Assembly (NCBI GenBank): GCA_965226795.1
Contig: CBDDDZ010000005.1
Location: 992,001-1,056,000, forward strand
Direction: 5' to 3'
Origin: Candidatus Latescibacterota bacterium
GTDB lineage: Bacteria > Latescibacterota > UBA2968 > GCA-2709665
Length of the DNA stretch: 64,000 bases
The notes below the pieces were generated by a model that was not told the origin of the DNA, ran no database searches, and saw only the letters and a list, made by a program, of their open reading frames with translations. Made by a program: the position numbers and the translations under genes. Below, in pieces: positions 51,914-62,489 of the stretch. Position 1 is the first letter of the stretch; every line of letters starts with the position of its first letter.

Positions 51914-52942
51914 TCAACCGGCGGGACCGGAACACATCCGGCAGACGAGTTTTGTAAGGGTGGCGGCGGGTGCACGAGAACGGGACTTCAGGCGGTTATC
52001 CGCGTCCAGGAGCGAGTCGTAAGCGTGCCACAGGTCCTGGTCATCGAAACGATCCGCCTGTTCGAGATAGTTGGAAAGAAAGAAAGGAGGCACCTTCAGT
52101 TTTCCCGCCAGTTCTGCCCGGGGCAGCCCCTGATTCCGGAGCCAGCGAGCCTTACGAAGAATTCCGATATGCCGTATGAGCATCGCGACAACAGCCACCG
52201 GGTTGTCGCCCCGTTCGAGAAGGTGGTGTAGAACCGCCAGGGCATCGCCGGCTCTCCGATTTCCCACGGCATCCGCAAGTTCGAAAACCGTCGCGCTTCG
52301 TAAATCGCCAGCCACCTGGATGACGTCGTCTCGCGTGATGGCATCCCGTCCGTTTGCATATATAGCCAGTTTCTCGAGTTCGCTAACCAGTTCGCCCGGA
52401 TTCGGGCCGACGCCGAGGTGAAGCAGGTGTGCGGCATCAGGTTCAATCCGTTTATTCAGGGCAGCCGCCCGTCTACGAATCCACTCCGGGAGTTCGCTCT
52501 CGTAAGGTGGCTTGAATTCTACCGCAACGGCGTTTTTTCGCAACGCGACGCTGAGTTTCTTGCGACCGTCCAATTTGTCCGCGGTAATAACAAGGACAGT
52601 GGATCCAACGGGTTTGTCAATAAGGGGAAGGAGAGTTCGCGCGTCGGTGTCCCGCAACCGTTCCACTCGTTTGACAACGACAACCCGGCGTGACGCCATC
52701 ATCGGAAAGGCGGTTGCACGGCCGACGGCGTCGGCCACATCCATATCCTCGCCGCGGAAGATATCCAGGTTGAAGGCTCGTAATGTGGGATCGACAGCAG
52801 CGTCGACAAGGGCTTTCAGGCTTTCTTCCTTGCTGACGTTCTCAGTTCCGTGCATCAAATACAGCGGCGCGAATTCGCCCCCTTGAATCTGCGCGGTCAG
52901 CCTATCCTGCGGGTTGCCGGATTTAGCTCTGGATTTGGCCAC
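51914..52942 (-). CDS. holA: DNA polymerase III subunit delta
   Basis: FAPLYLMHG, FNLDIFRG, FPMMASRRVVVV, ELEKL, VFELADAV, D..LKS. GTG start inferred. Confidence 0.9.
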   Translation of the reverse strand: MAKSRAKSGNPQDRLTAQIQGGEFAPLYLMHGTENVSKEESLKALVDAAVDPTLRAFNLDIFRGEDMDVADAVGRATAFPMMASRRVVVVKRVERLRDTDARTLLPLIDKPVGSTVLVITADKLDGRKKLSVALRKNAVAVEFKPPYESELPEWIRRRAAALNKRIEPDAAHLLHLGVGPNPGELVSELEKLAIYANGRDAITRDDVIQVAGDLRSATVFELADAVGNRRAGDALAVLHHLLERGDNPVAVVAMLIRHIGILRKARWLRNQGLPRAELAGKLKVPPFFLSNYLEQADRFDDQDLWHAYDSLLDADNRLKSRSRAPAATLTKLVCRMCSGPAG

Positions 52943-53031
52943 GGTCGTGGTAGATGGAAAAGATGCGAAAGATCTGAAAACATGCACGGAACTACTCTGC
53001 CAGGGAGCACTACACCGGCCCAAAGGGAGCG

Positions 53032-53223
53032 CTAACCGTCCAGGTCGCGAAATTCAGCATCCCTGATCCGATTCTTGTTGATGTCCCAGGATGGCTTCTT
53101 GCCGGGTGGACGTGACCCGTCTTTCTGGGGGGAGACCCATCGAAGCGAGGAGCGCAGAACATCCCGAAGTACGCGGTATACGAGACCCAGCAATAAGCCG
53201 AAAAGGAAAATGCGCAACAACAT
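53032..53223 (-). CDS. Small membrane protein
   Basis: N-terminal TM helix and C-terminal IRDAEFRDL, in the operon between purM and holA. Confidence 0.65.
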   Translation of the reverse strand: MLLRIFLFGLLLGLVYRVLRDVLRSSLRWVSPQKDGSRPPGKKPSWDINKNRIRDAEFRDLDG

Positions 53224-53235
53224 AGCGTACTCCCG

Positions 53236-54294
53236 CTAAAGGATTTGAACACCGGAACCCGGGTCGTTGACAACTTCACCCACGACGTAGCCTGTCTCTC
53301 CGTTTCGTCTCAACTGTTCGATCGCTCTTTCAGCCTGACTGGAAGGGACGACAAGCACCAGGCCCAGACCCATATTGAACACACGAAACATCTCGTCGAT
53401 TTCAATGTCGTCGTCCACCTTCTGTAACAGGTTGAATACAGGCAACTCGGGCCAGGTTCCCCGGAAAACACGTGCGCCCAGCCCATCCGGAAGGGTGCGC
53501 GGCAGGTTGTCGACAAGTCCTCCGCCGGTGATGTGGGCCATCCCCCGTACCTGCACGGCTTCCATAAGACTGAAGGCCGATGATACGTAACTCCGGTGAG
53601 GGGCCAGCAGGGCATCGCCGATTGTACCGCCGAGTTCACCCAGGTGGGTGTCGACGGTCCATCCTGCGGTTTGGAAGAAAAGTTTGCGCGCCAGGGCATA
53701 ACCGTTGGTGTGGAGGCCGTACGACGGCAGACCGATGAGCTTGTCGCCCGGCTGTACCCGGGAGCCATCCAGAATTTCTTCCCGGTTGACAATGCCGACG
53801 ATAGTACCCGCCAGGTCGTATTCGCCGTCGGCATAGAAATCCGCCATTTCCGCCATTTCCCCGCCCAGAAGCGCGCAACCGCAGGCTTTACATCCGTTTG
53901 CGATTCCCTCGATGACGGCCTCGGCCACGACGGTGTCGTGTTTCCCCATGGCCAGGTAGTCCATAAAAAAAAGGGGGCGCGCCCCTTGTACAAGTATGTC
54001 GTTGGCGCAGTGGGCCACAAGGTCCGCTCCGACCGTATTGTGGACACCCGTCATAAAAGCAATTTTGAGCTTCGTGCCGACACCATCCGTTCCTGCCACC
54101 AGGACGGGATCCCGGTAAGCCTCCCACTGCGGCGCAAAAAGGCCGCCGAATCCGCCAATGTCCGTGAGTACTTCAGGGCCGAATGTTGATCGTACCAGGC
54201 TGGAGATGCCTTTCTTGGTCCGACTGGCGCTCTCGATATCCACGCCGGCGGCGGTGTATGCGCCTGACTTTCCCTTCATAAGGTTACCTTCCAT
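53236..54294 (-). CDS. purM: Phosphoribosylformylglycinamidine cyclo-ligase
   Basis: YTAAGVDI, GTDGVGTK, GGEMAEM, GLHTNG, HITGGG, FNMGLG. Confidence 0.96.
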   Translation of the reverse strand: MEGNLMKGKSGAYTAAGVDIESASRTKKGISSLVRSTFGPEVLTDIGGFGGLFAPQWEAYRDPVLVAGTDGVGTKLKIAFMTGVHNTVGADLVAHCANDILVQGARPLFFMDYLAMGKHDTVVAEAVIEGIANGCKACGCALLGGEMAEMADFYADGEYDLAGTIVGIVNREEILDGSRVQPGDKLIGLPSYGLHTNGYALARKLFFQTAGWTVDTHLGELGGTIGDALLAPHRSYVSSAFSLMEAVQVRGMAHITGGGLVDNLPRTLPDGLGARVFRGTWPELPVFNLLQKVDDDIEIDEMFRVFNMGLGLVLVVPSSQAERAIEQLRRNGETGYVVGEVVNDPGSGVQIL

Positions 54295-54382
54295 ACTTCG
54301 TTTGTAAATTCATAAGGAAGGGGGACAGGGTAAAATGCAGGATTTTCAATCCACCTTACGATAGTGCGACGTTACGCCGGGC

Positions 54383-55348
54383 TCATTCGACTGCGCCGCA
54401 TTTCGACGGTGGGCAATGGGCGCGTTCGTCCGACCTGTTCGCATCGTCTCCCGGTGCAGCACACCCGGCACCGGAGGCCGCAACAATCTCTTCGGCCACA
54501 CGCGCGGCCCGACCGGCTGCTCCAACGTCATGCACGCGTACAATGTGAGCCCCGGCGGCCACGGAGAAACCCACCGCGGCCAGCGTGCCTTCCAGCCTTT
54601 CTTCCGGCGGAAGATCCAGCCGGGCTCCAATGAATTTTTTTCGCGACGGGCCCACCAGCAGAGGGCAGCCGAGATCATGGAGTTCCTCAAGCCGGGCGAG
54701 AATTTCAAAGTTATGGGTATTTCGTTTTCCGAATCCCAGACCGGGGTCAATCAGAATCCGGCCGGGAGCGATGCCGGCGTTGAGAGCTGAGGCCAGGCGA
54801 ACGTCGAGAAAATTGAAAATTTCGCGTATCACGTTGTGATACGACGGTTTGAACTGCATGGTTCGGGGCGTGCCCTTCATGTGCATAAGGACAACCGCGG
54901 CGCCCGATTGTGCGACAGTTTCGGCCATGAGAGGGTCGAAACGCATAGCGCTTATATCGTTGACGATGGATGCGCCCGACTGTATCGCTTTTTGGGCGAC
55001 AGCCGCTTTTGTGGTGTCGGCGGAAATGATCAGGTCTGTTCTGGATGCAATTTCTTCGATCACCGGCGCCGTGCGGCGGATTTCCTCTTCCGTTGAAACG
55101 GCAAGGGCTCCCGCACCGTACGTCCCTGCCGGACGGGTGGATTCGCCGCCCACGTCGATGATATCCGCACCCTCTTCAGCCATCCGTAGCGCACGGGCAA
55201 CGGCCTGTCGCGGTTCGAAATAACGTCCACCGTCGGCAAACGAATCGGGTGTGACGTTAAGAATCCCCATTATCAGGGTTCGTGAGCCCAGGTGGAGGAT
55301 GTTGCCCCGGCAGTCGAGCTGGTGCGTGGGGGAGGTTATGTATCGCAT
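54383..55348 (-). CDS. folP: Dihydropteroate synthase
   Basis: MGILNVTPDSFADGG, DVGGESTRP, DPGLGFGK, GPSRK, RVHDV. Start uncertain. Confidence 0.95.
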   Translation of the reverse strand: MRYITSPTHQLDCRGNILHLGSRTLIMGILNVTPDSFADGGRYFEPRQAVARALRMAEEGADIIDVGGESTRPAGTYGAGALAVSTEEEIRRTAPVIEEIASRTDLIISADTTKAAVAQKAIQSGASIVNDISAMRFDPLMAETVAQSGAAVVLMHMKGTPRTMQFKPSYHNVIREIFNFLDVRLASALNAGIAPGRILIDPGLGFGKRNTHNFEILARLEELHDLGCPLLVGPSRKKFIGARLDLPPEERLEGTLAAVGFSVAAGAHIVRVHDVGAAGRAARVAEEIVAASGAGCAAPGDDANRSDERAHCPPSKCGAVE

Positions 55349-55365
55349 CGGAAATGTGGACATGC

Positions 55366-55405
55366 AAAAGGGATGGCAAAATGACACGGCTTTTTACCAT
55401 CCCTT
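55366..55405 (-). terminator. Hairpin plus U-tract after ftsH
   Basis: Minus strand AAGGGATGGTAAAA...TTTTGCCATCCCTTTT. Confidence 0.55.
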
Positions 55406-55426
55406 CCTGAAATTTAAGTAAAGCGT

Positions 55427-57574
55427 TTACTCTTCGTTATCGGATGCTTCCTGCGATTCGGCTGTCTGTTCGCCCGCGGAAGGCGCGTCCGGCTCCTCGA
55501 CATCGGCGGCTGCATCCTGCCTGCGCCGTCCGTTTTGAGATTGGGACGGTTCAGATGGTTTTTGCAGCTTTTCTCCAGCCAGAATACGGTCGAGTTGGGA
55601 GTCATCCAGCACTTCGAACTCCAGAAGCGCATCCGCCAGAATGTGGACCTGAGCGATATTCTCACGCAGCAGTGTTTCCGCCCGTTCTTCCGCGGCGAAG
55701 ACGAAGTTGCGGATTTCGTCGTCTATGACCTGTGAGACTTTTTCACTGAAATCCCGGCGCTGGGCCAATTCACGACCGAGGAAGATCTCATCCTGTCTGT
55801 TTCCGTAGGATACGGGACCCAATTCCTCGCTCATGCCCCAGTCGCAGATCATCCGGCGCGCCAGGTCGGTGGCCATCTTATAGTCCTGCTGACCGCCGCT
55901 GGAAACTTCCCCGAAGACGATTTTTTCCGCCACCCGGCCACCCAACGCATAAGTGAGAACGGCGTCGCTGTAGCTCTTGGAATAGTTGTGGCGTTCGTCG
56001 ATGGGTAGATACGTGGTCAACCCGAGGGATTGGCCGCGGGGAATAATGGTGACCTTATGCACCGGATCGGCCTCGGGAACGAGTTTGGCCACCAGAGCAT
56101 GACCGATTTCGTGGTATGCCGTACGCTTCTTTTCCGAGTCGGAAATGACCAGACTACGCCTTTCTACGCCCATAATGACCTTGTCTTTGGCATTCTCGAA
56201 GTCATCCATAATCACAGAGGGCCGGTCGTACCTGGAGGCGAGCAATGCGGCCTCGTTGACCAGGTTTTCCAGGTCGGCCTGGGAAAAGCCGGGCGTAGCC
56301 CGTGCGAGAACGGTCAGGTCGACGTCCTTGTCCAACGGGGTATTCCGGATGTGGACTTTCAGCACACCCTCCCGGCCCTTGACGTCGGGCCGGTCCACAA
56401 CCACCTGTCGGTCGAAGCGGCCCGGACGCAGCAGGGCCGGATCGAGGACGTCGGGCCGGTTGGTGGCGGCAATGAGGATGACCCCCTCCTTGGAGTCAAA
56501 TCCGTCCATTTCAACCAGCAACTGGTTGAGCGTCTGCTCCCGCTCGTCGTGCCCCCCCCCGATGCCGGCGCCCCGGTGTCGCCCCACAGCGTCTATTTCG
56601 TCTATGAAGATGATGCAGGGTGCATTGGCTTTTCCCTGTTCGAACAGGTCGCGAACACGGGAGGCGCCAACGCCGACGAACATTTCGACAAAGTCGGAGC
56701 CGCTCATGCTGTAGAATGGTACGTCGGCCTCGCCTGCCACCGCTTTGGCCATATACGTCTTGCCGGTACCCGGCGGTCCGACAAGGAGCACACCCTTCGG
56801 GATTCGGCCGCCGAGCCGCTGGAATTTTCGGGGATCCTTTAGGTACTCGATGATCTCCTGGAGTTCCTGTTTGGCCTCGTCCGATCCGGCAACTTCTTTA
56901 AAGGTGACCTTTGGGCGGTCTTCGGAAAACAGCTTCGCCCTGCTCTTGCCGAAGCTGAACGCACCCTTGGCACCTCCCTGCATCTGACGGAAGATGAACA
57001 GCCAGAGGCCGACGAAGAGCAGCCACGGCAGGAAGTTAAAGAAGACCTTCAACCAGTCGAAGGGTTTTTCCTCGAAGCGGAAGTCGATTTCGTATTTTTC
57101 CCAGTCGGCGATTGCCTCTTCGCCGATGACGCCCAGGTTGACCACAAAGGTGCGATAGGCCTGCTGCTCGCCCCGACTGCTCGTATATTCGGGTTCGCGC
57201 AATGTGCCGTGAAAATCGCTGTCGATGATGATGGCGCTTTCGATCTTGCCCTGTTTCATCAGGGTCCGGTACTCCTTGTAGCTGAGTACGACGTCACCCG
57301 AGCCGGTACTGCTTCCGAAGAAGCGGGTTGCGAAGAGGGCGACAAGTACAAAAAAGACCCAGAATGCAAGCGTTTTTGAGCGCCGCCGCCACTCATGGCC
57401 GTCGTTTTCGGGCGTTGACCCGGGCTCACGGTTTTGCCGTGGGCGCTGTCGGCTTCGCGGGGCCTCCGACGCTTCCGGGTTGTCGTCAGATTCAGGTTTC
57501 AGCTCCGGTACGGGCGGCGATTTTTCTTTCCGCTCCGCAGCCGGGGTTTCTTCCTGGTCTTTACTTTCAGCCAT
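55427..57574 (-). CDS. ftsH: ATP-dependent zinc metalloprotease FtsH
   Basis: Two TM helices, [39 protein letters not shown]. Confidence 0.97.
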   Translation of the reverse strand: MAESKDQEETPAAERKEKSPPVPELKPESDDNPEASEAPRSRQRPRQNREPGSTPENDGHEWRRRSKTLAFWVFFVLVALFATRFFGSSTGSGDVVLSYKEYRTLMKQGKIESAIIIDSDFHGTLREPEYTSSRGEQQAYRTFVVNLGVIGEEAIADWEKYEIDFRFEEKPFDWLKVFFNFLPWLLFVGLWLFIFRQMQGGAKGAFSFGKSRAKLFSEDRPKVTFKEVAGSDEAKQELQEIIEYLKDPRKFQRLGGRIPKGVLLVGPPGTGKTYMAKAVAGEADVPFYSMSGSDFVEMFVGVGASRVRDLFEQGKANAPCIIFIDEIDAVGRHRGAGIGGGHDEREQTLNQLLVEMDGFDSKEGVILIAATNRPDVLDPALLRPGRFDRQVVVDRPDVKGREGVLKVHIRNTPLDKDVDLTVLARATPGFSQADLENLVNEAALLASRYDRPSVIMDDFENAKDKVIMGVERRSLVISDSEKKRTAYHEIGHALVAKLVPEADPVHKVTIIPRGQSLGLTTYLPIDERHNYSKSYSDAVLTYALGGRVAEKIVFGEVSSGGQQDYKMATDLARRMICDWGMSEELGPVSYGNRQDEIFLGRELAQRRDFSEKVSQVIDDEIRNFVFAAEERAETLLRENIAQVHILADALLEFEVLDDSQLDRILAGEKLQKPSEPSQSQNGRRRQDAAADVEEPDAPSAGEQTAESQEASDNEE

Positions 57575-57597
57575 AAAAACCGCCTTGACAATAATAC

Positions 57598-59022
57598 TCA
57601 AGAGGAGGCGATTACGCCTCCCCAGCCACCCTTGAAGGTGATGTCCAGCACCGTTTTCGCCCGATGCGTGACGGCTGTGGACTGGGCCGTGCGCAAGCCG
57701 ACCACCCAGAGAATGGCCTGACCGCCCAGTAGCAGCGGAATTTCGTCGCGCAACGGTCTGGGAATCTTCAGGTTGATAAACAGGTCGCTGATTTTTTGTG
57801 TTCCATTCAGGCCGAACGGTCTGAATCGATCCGCCCGCCGCCGATTTCTCAGAGTCAGCCCGCCGGGAAGTGCATCCCAGTCGAAACAGGCGTGATACGG
57901 ATCGGACGATAGATCGTCCCTTCGCACCTGGCTGGCCGGCCGGATCCTCGTCTCCAGAACCGCGCCGATTTCCGCTATTTCGGTGATGCCCGGAACGGCG
58001 ACCTCGGTCGAGAAAAACGGCGTTGGCCGACTAAGGATCAGCCATGGACTCGAACGATGAGCGGAGATATCGGAAGACACCTGAACCACGCCTTCAGGCG
58101 TCAAACGCAGGGCTTCCATGCGACTGACACTCTGCCCATCAAGCGCACGCGCACAGCCACGAAGACGGAAAAAAGCCGTTTTGAAGATTCGACGCTGAAG
58201 TGCTATATGATAACCGAAAACGGCGTTTTCATCAAGGATTATTTTTCGCCTGCTCTCATAACGCAAGGCCTTTCGATACGCCGATTCCGCCTGCTGGCCG
58301 AGCAGTTGATCTTCCCCCTGGATGATCTCCGCGGACCTGGCCAGGGCCGCTTCAATGGCTGGGTTGTATGCTGAAGCGATCTCCGGAAGAAGATGATGCC
58401 GGATCCGGTTTCGAAGGAAGCGGACGTCGGCGTTGGAAATGTCGTGGCGCACCTGCAGGTTTCGGTGTTCGACATAAGCCTGTATCTGTTGTCGCGAGAC
58501 CGCCAGGAGGGGACGGATCCAGAGACCGTCGCGGATCGGGCGGATCGCGCCGAGTCCGGTTGGACCGGCGCCGCGGACCAACCGTATCAATACGGTTTCG
58601 GCCTGATCGCTGCGGGTATGGCCCAAAGCGATCCGGGAAGCGCCGGTGACGCGCTGGACCCTTTTGAGAAATGCGAGGCGCACGTCACGCGCAGTTTGTT
58701 CAAGAGAACACCCTGCGGGCAGGATCGCCTCTTCGGAGAAGCACGGGAGATCCCTGGTGGCGGCGAGGTCCGTCACAAATTGTTGGTCGGCATCCGACGC
58801 CGGGCCCCTGAGTTTATGGTTGAGGTGGGCGACGTAGAGCGTGATGTCGAGAGACTTCCGAAGCCGGAATAGCACATCCAGCAGCGATACCGAATCCGGG
58901 CCGCCCGATACGCCGATCACTATGCCGTGGCCGGGCCGGATCAATACGTGCCGGTCAATGTACGATCGCATGGCCGGAAGCAGGTCAGGTGTGTCGGAAA
59001 TGGGTCCGGCGTGAGGTTCCAT
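57598..59022 (-). CDS. tilS: tRNA(Ile)-lysidine synthetase
   Basis: GVSGGPDS, AHLNH, GHTRSDQAET, IRPLL, RNRIR, TilS C-terminal domain. Confidence 0.95.
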   Translation of the reverse strand: MEPHAGPISDTPDLLPAMRSYIDRHVLIRPGHGIVIGVSGGPDSVSLLDVLFRLRKSLDITLYVAHLNHKLRGPASDADQQFVTDLAATRDLPCFSEEAILPAGCSLEQTARDVRLAFLKRVQRVTGASRIALGHTRSDQAETVLIRLVRGAGPTGLGAIRPIRDGLWIRPLLAVSRQQIQAYVEHRNLQVRHDISNADVRFLRNRIRHHLLPEIASAYNPAIEAALARSAEIIQGEDQLLGQQAESAYRKALRYESRRKIILDENAVFGYHIALQRRIFKTAFFRLRGCARALDGQSVSRMEALRLTPEGVVQVSSDISAHRSSPWLILSRPTPFFSTEVAVPGITEIAEIGAVLETRIRPASQVRRDDLSSDPYHACFDWDALPGGLTLRNRRRADRFRPFGLNGTQKISDLFINLKIPRPLRDEIPLLLGGQAILWVVGLRTAQSTAVTHRAKTVLDITFKGGWGGVIASS

Positions 59023-59312
59023 GGGTGGAAATCCTGAATCTGCAGAAACGAATGGGCAGGGGGCTTCGCCTTTTTTGAGACGCAACGCCCGGTAAACGCC
59101 TTACGCCCCTCCGCCCGGCGCAGAGTTCCCGGTCACCCCGGGCTAAGAATCTGGAATTGGGATGTTGTATTGTCTATCTGTTTATTAGACGCTGGATAAA
59201 TCGGTTCGGTTTCTGAAAAACCGGACTCGGGATATCGAATCGAGCCTTCGATTGCTTCCTATTCAGCCGTGCCGGATAGGAGATAGACGACTAATGTCAC
59301 CGAAGCTAAGGA

Positions 59313-59350
59313 ACGAAAAAGACACGCTGAATTCAGCGTGTCTTTTTCGT
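59313..59350. terminator. Perfect 38-bp palindrome, probable (bidirectional) intrinsic terminator
   Basis: ACGAAAAAGACACGCTGAATTCAGCGTGTCTTTTTCGT, 17 bp downstream of the selenoprotein stop. Confidence 0.75.
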
Positions 59351-59367
59351 GAATAATCCGGCGGAAC

Positions 59368-60354
59368 TCAGGGCACGCGTTTGCCGAAGTTCTTTGCGAA
59401 TTCCAAAAAGTCCGGGAAGTCGACCAGACCGTTCCCGTTCAGGTCGTAGGTAATGTTGTTTGTGTTGAAGGCCTGGGCAAAGGCGATGAAGTCTCTGAAC
59501 CCGATTTCGCCGTCACCGTCGAAGTCGGCCCGGGCGTCGCCGTAGACAATGATGGCCGTTCCCGACAGGGTGACGGTAACGCTGCTGTTTTCAGGATCGT
59601 TGCTCAGGATGGTAACGGTGCCGGAGAAGGGGCCGGCATCGGCGGGCGTGAACGTGATTTCGACCGTCGCGCTGTCGCCCGACGCAATCAGTAGCTCGGT
59701 TTGACTGACGGAGGTCCCGTCGAGGTCGGATTGTATGCTGGTAATGTCGAGGTCGTTCCCGCCGGTATTGTGCACCACAAGGGTGAGGGTGTGAGACACT
59801 CCCGCCGGAACGTCCTCACCGAAGTCGAGTGATGGGTTGGGGAGCGTGATAGCTGGCGCCTGAGGGGTTAGCAATTCCCGGATACGCGCCGCCGTGGCGC
59901 TAAGACCGGAAGTCGTGCGCCCCCCGATGTGGCGGATGATCCCTGCTCGGTCCGCGACCAGCAACGTGTGGACGCCGCGGGAGGTCTGAATCTTGCCGCT
60001 GGCCTGCAACAGGAGCGGGAATGTGACCTTGGTCGTTGCTTGAAAGCCTTCCAGTTGCGACTTGTTGCCATTATATAGGTCAAGCCCCAGGACCGTTACG
60101 CCATCGTCCTGGAACGCCTTCCAGATCTGCTGTTCTATGGACGGACCCGCCCCTATGCATGTGGGTCAGTTATGGCCCAGAAAATAGAGGACTAAGACAC
60201 TGCCCTTGTAATTCGCCGGGGTGTAGGTTTTTCCATCCAACCCCGTAAGCGAGAAACTGGGTACCGCGTCGCCGACTTCCTGTGCTTCCGCGGGTCCCAA
60301 CGGGTAGAGTCCCAGGAGCAGCAGGAACACGACGCACGTAGCGATTCGACTCAT
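59368..60354 (-). CDS. Secreted thioredoxin-fold (AhpC/TSA-redoxin-like) selenoprotein, UxxC, with Ig-like and dockerin-like domains
   Basis: AAGGAGG RBS, signal peptide ending AEA. In-frame TGA at 60168-60166 in LGHN-U-PTC. The frame continues without stops into ORF 59368-60009, giving 328 aa. Confidence 0.82.
60139..60165 (-). promoter_or_regulatory. Candidate bacterial SECIS element
   Basis: After the UGA: stem GGGCG/CGUCC with apical loop GGUC starting 19 nt downstream, matching the G-led apical-loop model of bacterial SECIS. Confidence 0.5.
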
Positions 60355-60388
60355 CGCAATCCTCCTTTGAGAGAGTGTGTGGTCTGCG

Positions 60389-61972
60389 TCAGAAATGGGT
60401 TTTGAAACGCATTTCAAGACCGTTGAATGGCAGCACCTGATAGCATGTACCCGAAGTACATGCGACGCCGCCACGCCTGCGGCCGGCAAAAACGAGGGCT
60501 TCGTATCGATCGAGAAAGCGGACGTTCAGATTGACCGCCAACCAGGTGCGCGTCCCGGTCTCGATCCCATCCGACGTTGCGCCATCGTCCACTTCAAACG
60601 GATCGTCCGTGCGGTCCAGAACGAGGGCGGCGCCCACGCCGGACGGATGCTGGAATGAGAACTGGGTAAAGACATCCAAGAACGCCGGTTCGTTTCGTGG
60701 TAGCCTGGCCGCGCGCCGAACCTGCAGATCGACACCCACGACAGATCCGCCGGGTGTAATGGATTCGACCGCTGTGCCAGCGGTTCTGTGTTTCCCGATC
60801 CCCTTCAGTTCGTTTTTTCCCCAGTCGACGAACAGGTTGATTGAGATTGCGTGGCCCCGATCTTCGGACGGTAGGTCGACGTCCACGCCTAAGTACCGCT
60901 CGTTGAAGGTTTTCTCGAAGCCGGGCGCCAGCTCGTTCTCTCCCTTGCTTATGTTGGCCGTCAGCGTGCCCAGGCCGAATAGCGTATAAGTGGCTTCCGC
61001 CTGATAGCCCTTTTCGGTATCGGCAAGCACGGCGTGGGTAGATCTGTTGAGTAGCACGGCCGAATGTTCACGAACCAGGGATGGGGGATCGTTGAAACTG
61101 AAGGCGAAATTCTGATAGTCCTTGTATTCCAGGCTCAGGCCCAGGTTGGAAATACCGGAGTTGGCGGAAAGATAGATGGCGCTTCCGTCCACGTGAATGT
61201 CTTTCAGCCCGGCGTATTCGGCGTAGACAGCCGCGTAGGCGTCCGGCAGACCGGCTGCTTCTAATGCCGGAGCCATATCGAGTTCCAGGAATCCGGACCA
61301 TGTGAGGGTGGAGTCGAGCCTCCCGGCGTGATGGCTGACGGCGGTTACACCCGTTTTGATCGGGTTGGTGGGACGCAGCGAGATCTCGCCTCCGAGAAGC
61401 CAGTTGTCACGTCGCGGTACATCACGAAGCGGATTACCCACCCGCACCGCAGGCGGAACGTCACCCAATACGGGTCGTCCGATCAGGGCTCTGGCCTCGG
61501 TCCGCGGCCCCGCCCAGGTGGCTATGCCGCCCTCCAGGTCTCGCGATGGCGAATAGCGACGCCGGTATTGAGCGCTCTCCAGTATTACCCCCGGGAGATC
61601 GAAGGCCCTGAGCGTGATTCCCCGGCCCAGGATGGCGTAGTAGTTGCCCGTAACCAGTTCGGTGGGTCCGTTTGTCCATCGCAGGTGCTTCTGGGCAATA
61701 TGAACCACTCGGTATTCAACCTGCGACAGGCGCGAGCCGGGACCGATGTTGCGCCATGTGTTGAAAATTTCGGCCCGGAAACCGGCCTGGATCCCGTGCT
61801 GGATGTAGTCGACATCAAACTGTTCGTAAAGGTTGGAAACCGCAAGCGAATCCACGCCCGGTACCCGCCCGCGCTGCAGTTCGGTCAGGCTGGAAGCTGT
61901 AACCTGTGCTGCGGCGCGGTCGGCCATAAGGACAAGAAAAAGCGTCGCCAGTCTATTTATCGGCACGCGCAT
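60389..61972 (-). CDS. DUF6029-like outer-membrane beta-barrel protein
   Basis: Signal peptide, GNYY..LGRGITLR, LEYKDY, C-terminal GRRRGGVACTSGTC...F.G.E...F. Confidence 0.7.
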   Translation of the reverse strand: MRVPINRLATLFLVLMADRAAAQVTASSLTELQRGRVPGVDSLAVSNLYEQFDVDYIQHGIQAGFRAEIFNTWRNIGPGSRLSQVEYRVVHIAQKHLRWTNGPTELVTGNYYAILGRGITLRAFDLPGVILESAQYRRRYSPSRDLEGGIATWAGPRTEARALIGRPVLGDVPPAVRVGNPLRDVPRRDNWLLGGEISLRPTNPIKTGVTAVSHHAGRLDSTLTWSGFLELDMAPALEAAGLPDAYAAVYAEYAGLKDIHVDGSAIYLSANSGISNLGLSLEYKDYQNFAFSFNDPPSLVREHSAVLLNRSTHAVLADTEKGYQAEATYTLFGLGTLTANISKGENELAPGFEKTFNERYLGVDVDLPSEDRGHAISINLFVDWGKNELKGIGKHRTAGTAVESITPGGSVVGVDLQVRRAARLPRNEPAFLDVFTQFSFQHPSGVGAALVLDRTDDPFEVDDGATSDGIETGTRTWLAVNLNVRFLDRYEALVFAGRRRGGVACTSGTCYQVLPFNGLEMRFKTHF

Positions 61973-62489
61973 CGGCGTTTGCCTCGTCGTCTCCGGGCTT
62001 GGAAAAGAGCGACTCTACTGCGGCCAACAACGCATCGGCATGTTTCGAATTGTATCCGACCTGCCTGAGCGCGATCTCGCCATTCTGCGTGATCAACAGC
62101 GTGGTTGGCAGGACATTGACCTGCATCCGCCGCATCACGGCGCTGTCGGAGTCGAGTGCGATTGGGAAGCTGACCTTTCGCGCCCGGAGAAAGGGTTTCA
62201 CCCTGTTCTGCCCGCGTGGCCCGTCCACGTTGACGCCAAGAACCGTGAGTCCGGATTTGCCGTATTTCTCGTGAATCTTCTGAAGCTTGGGCATCGCCTT
62301 GACGCAGGGCTTGCAATAAGTTGCCCAGAAATCCAGAAGTACGGGTCCTTTCGTGAGCAGGGCTTTGAGGTTGACCCGTTCGCCCTGCAGGTTCCGAAGG
62401 TTGAAGTCGGGCGCGGTGGCGGCATGTGTGGAAACGTCGCCGAGGGCGATCGCAAAGAATATAATAAACAATACGCGATTCAATTTCAT
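61953..62489 (-). CDS. TlpA family disulfide reductase
   Basis: Signal peptide, APDFNL, LDFWATYCKPC, LPTT. Confidence 0.9.
   Translation of the reverse strand: MKLNRVLFIIFFAIALGDVSTHAATAPDFNLRNLQGERVNLKALLTKGPVLLDFWATYCKPCVKAMPKLQKIHEKYGKSGLTVLGVNVDGPRGQNRVKPFLRARKVSFPIALDSDSAVMRRMQVNVLPTTLLITQNGEIALRQVGYNSKHADALLAAVESLFSKPGDDEANADARADK

Noticed and set aside
54383..59022. tilS-ftsH-folP without hpt
   Set aside because: A common variation of a conserved housekeeping cluster.
59090..59310. Possible structured RNA gene upstream of tilS
   Set aside because: No tRNA, SRP, tmRNA, RNase P or riboswitch hallmark was recognisable by eye.
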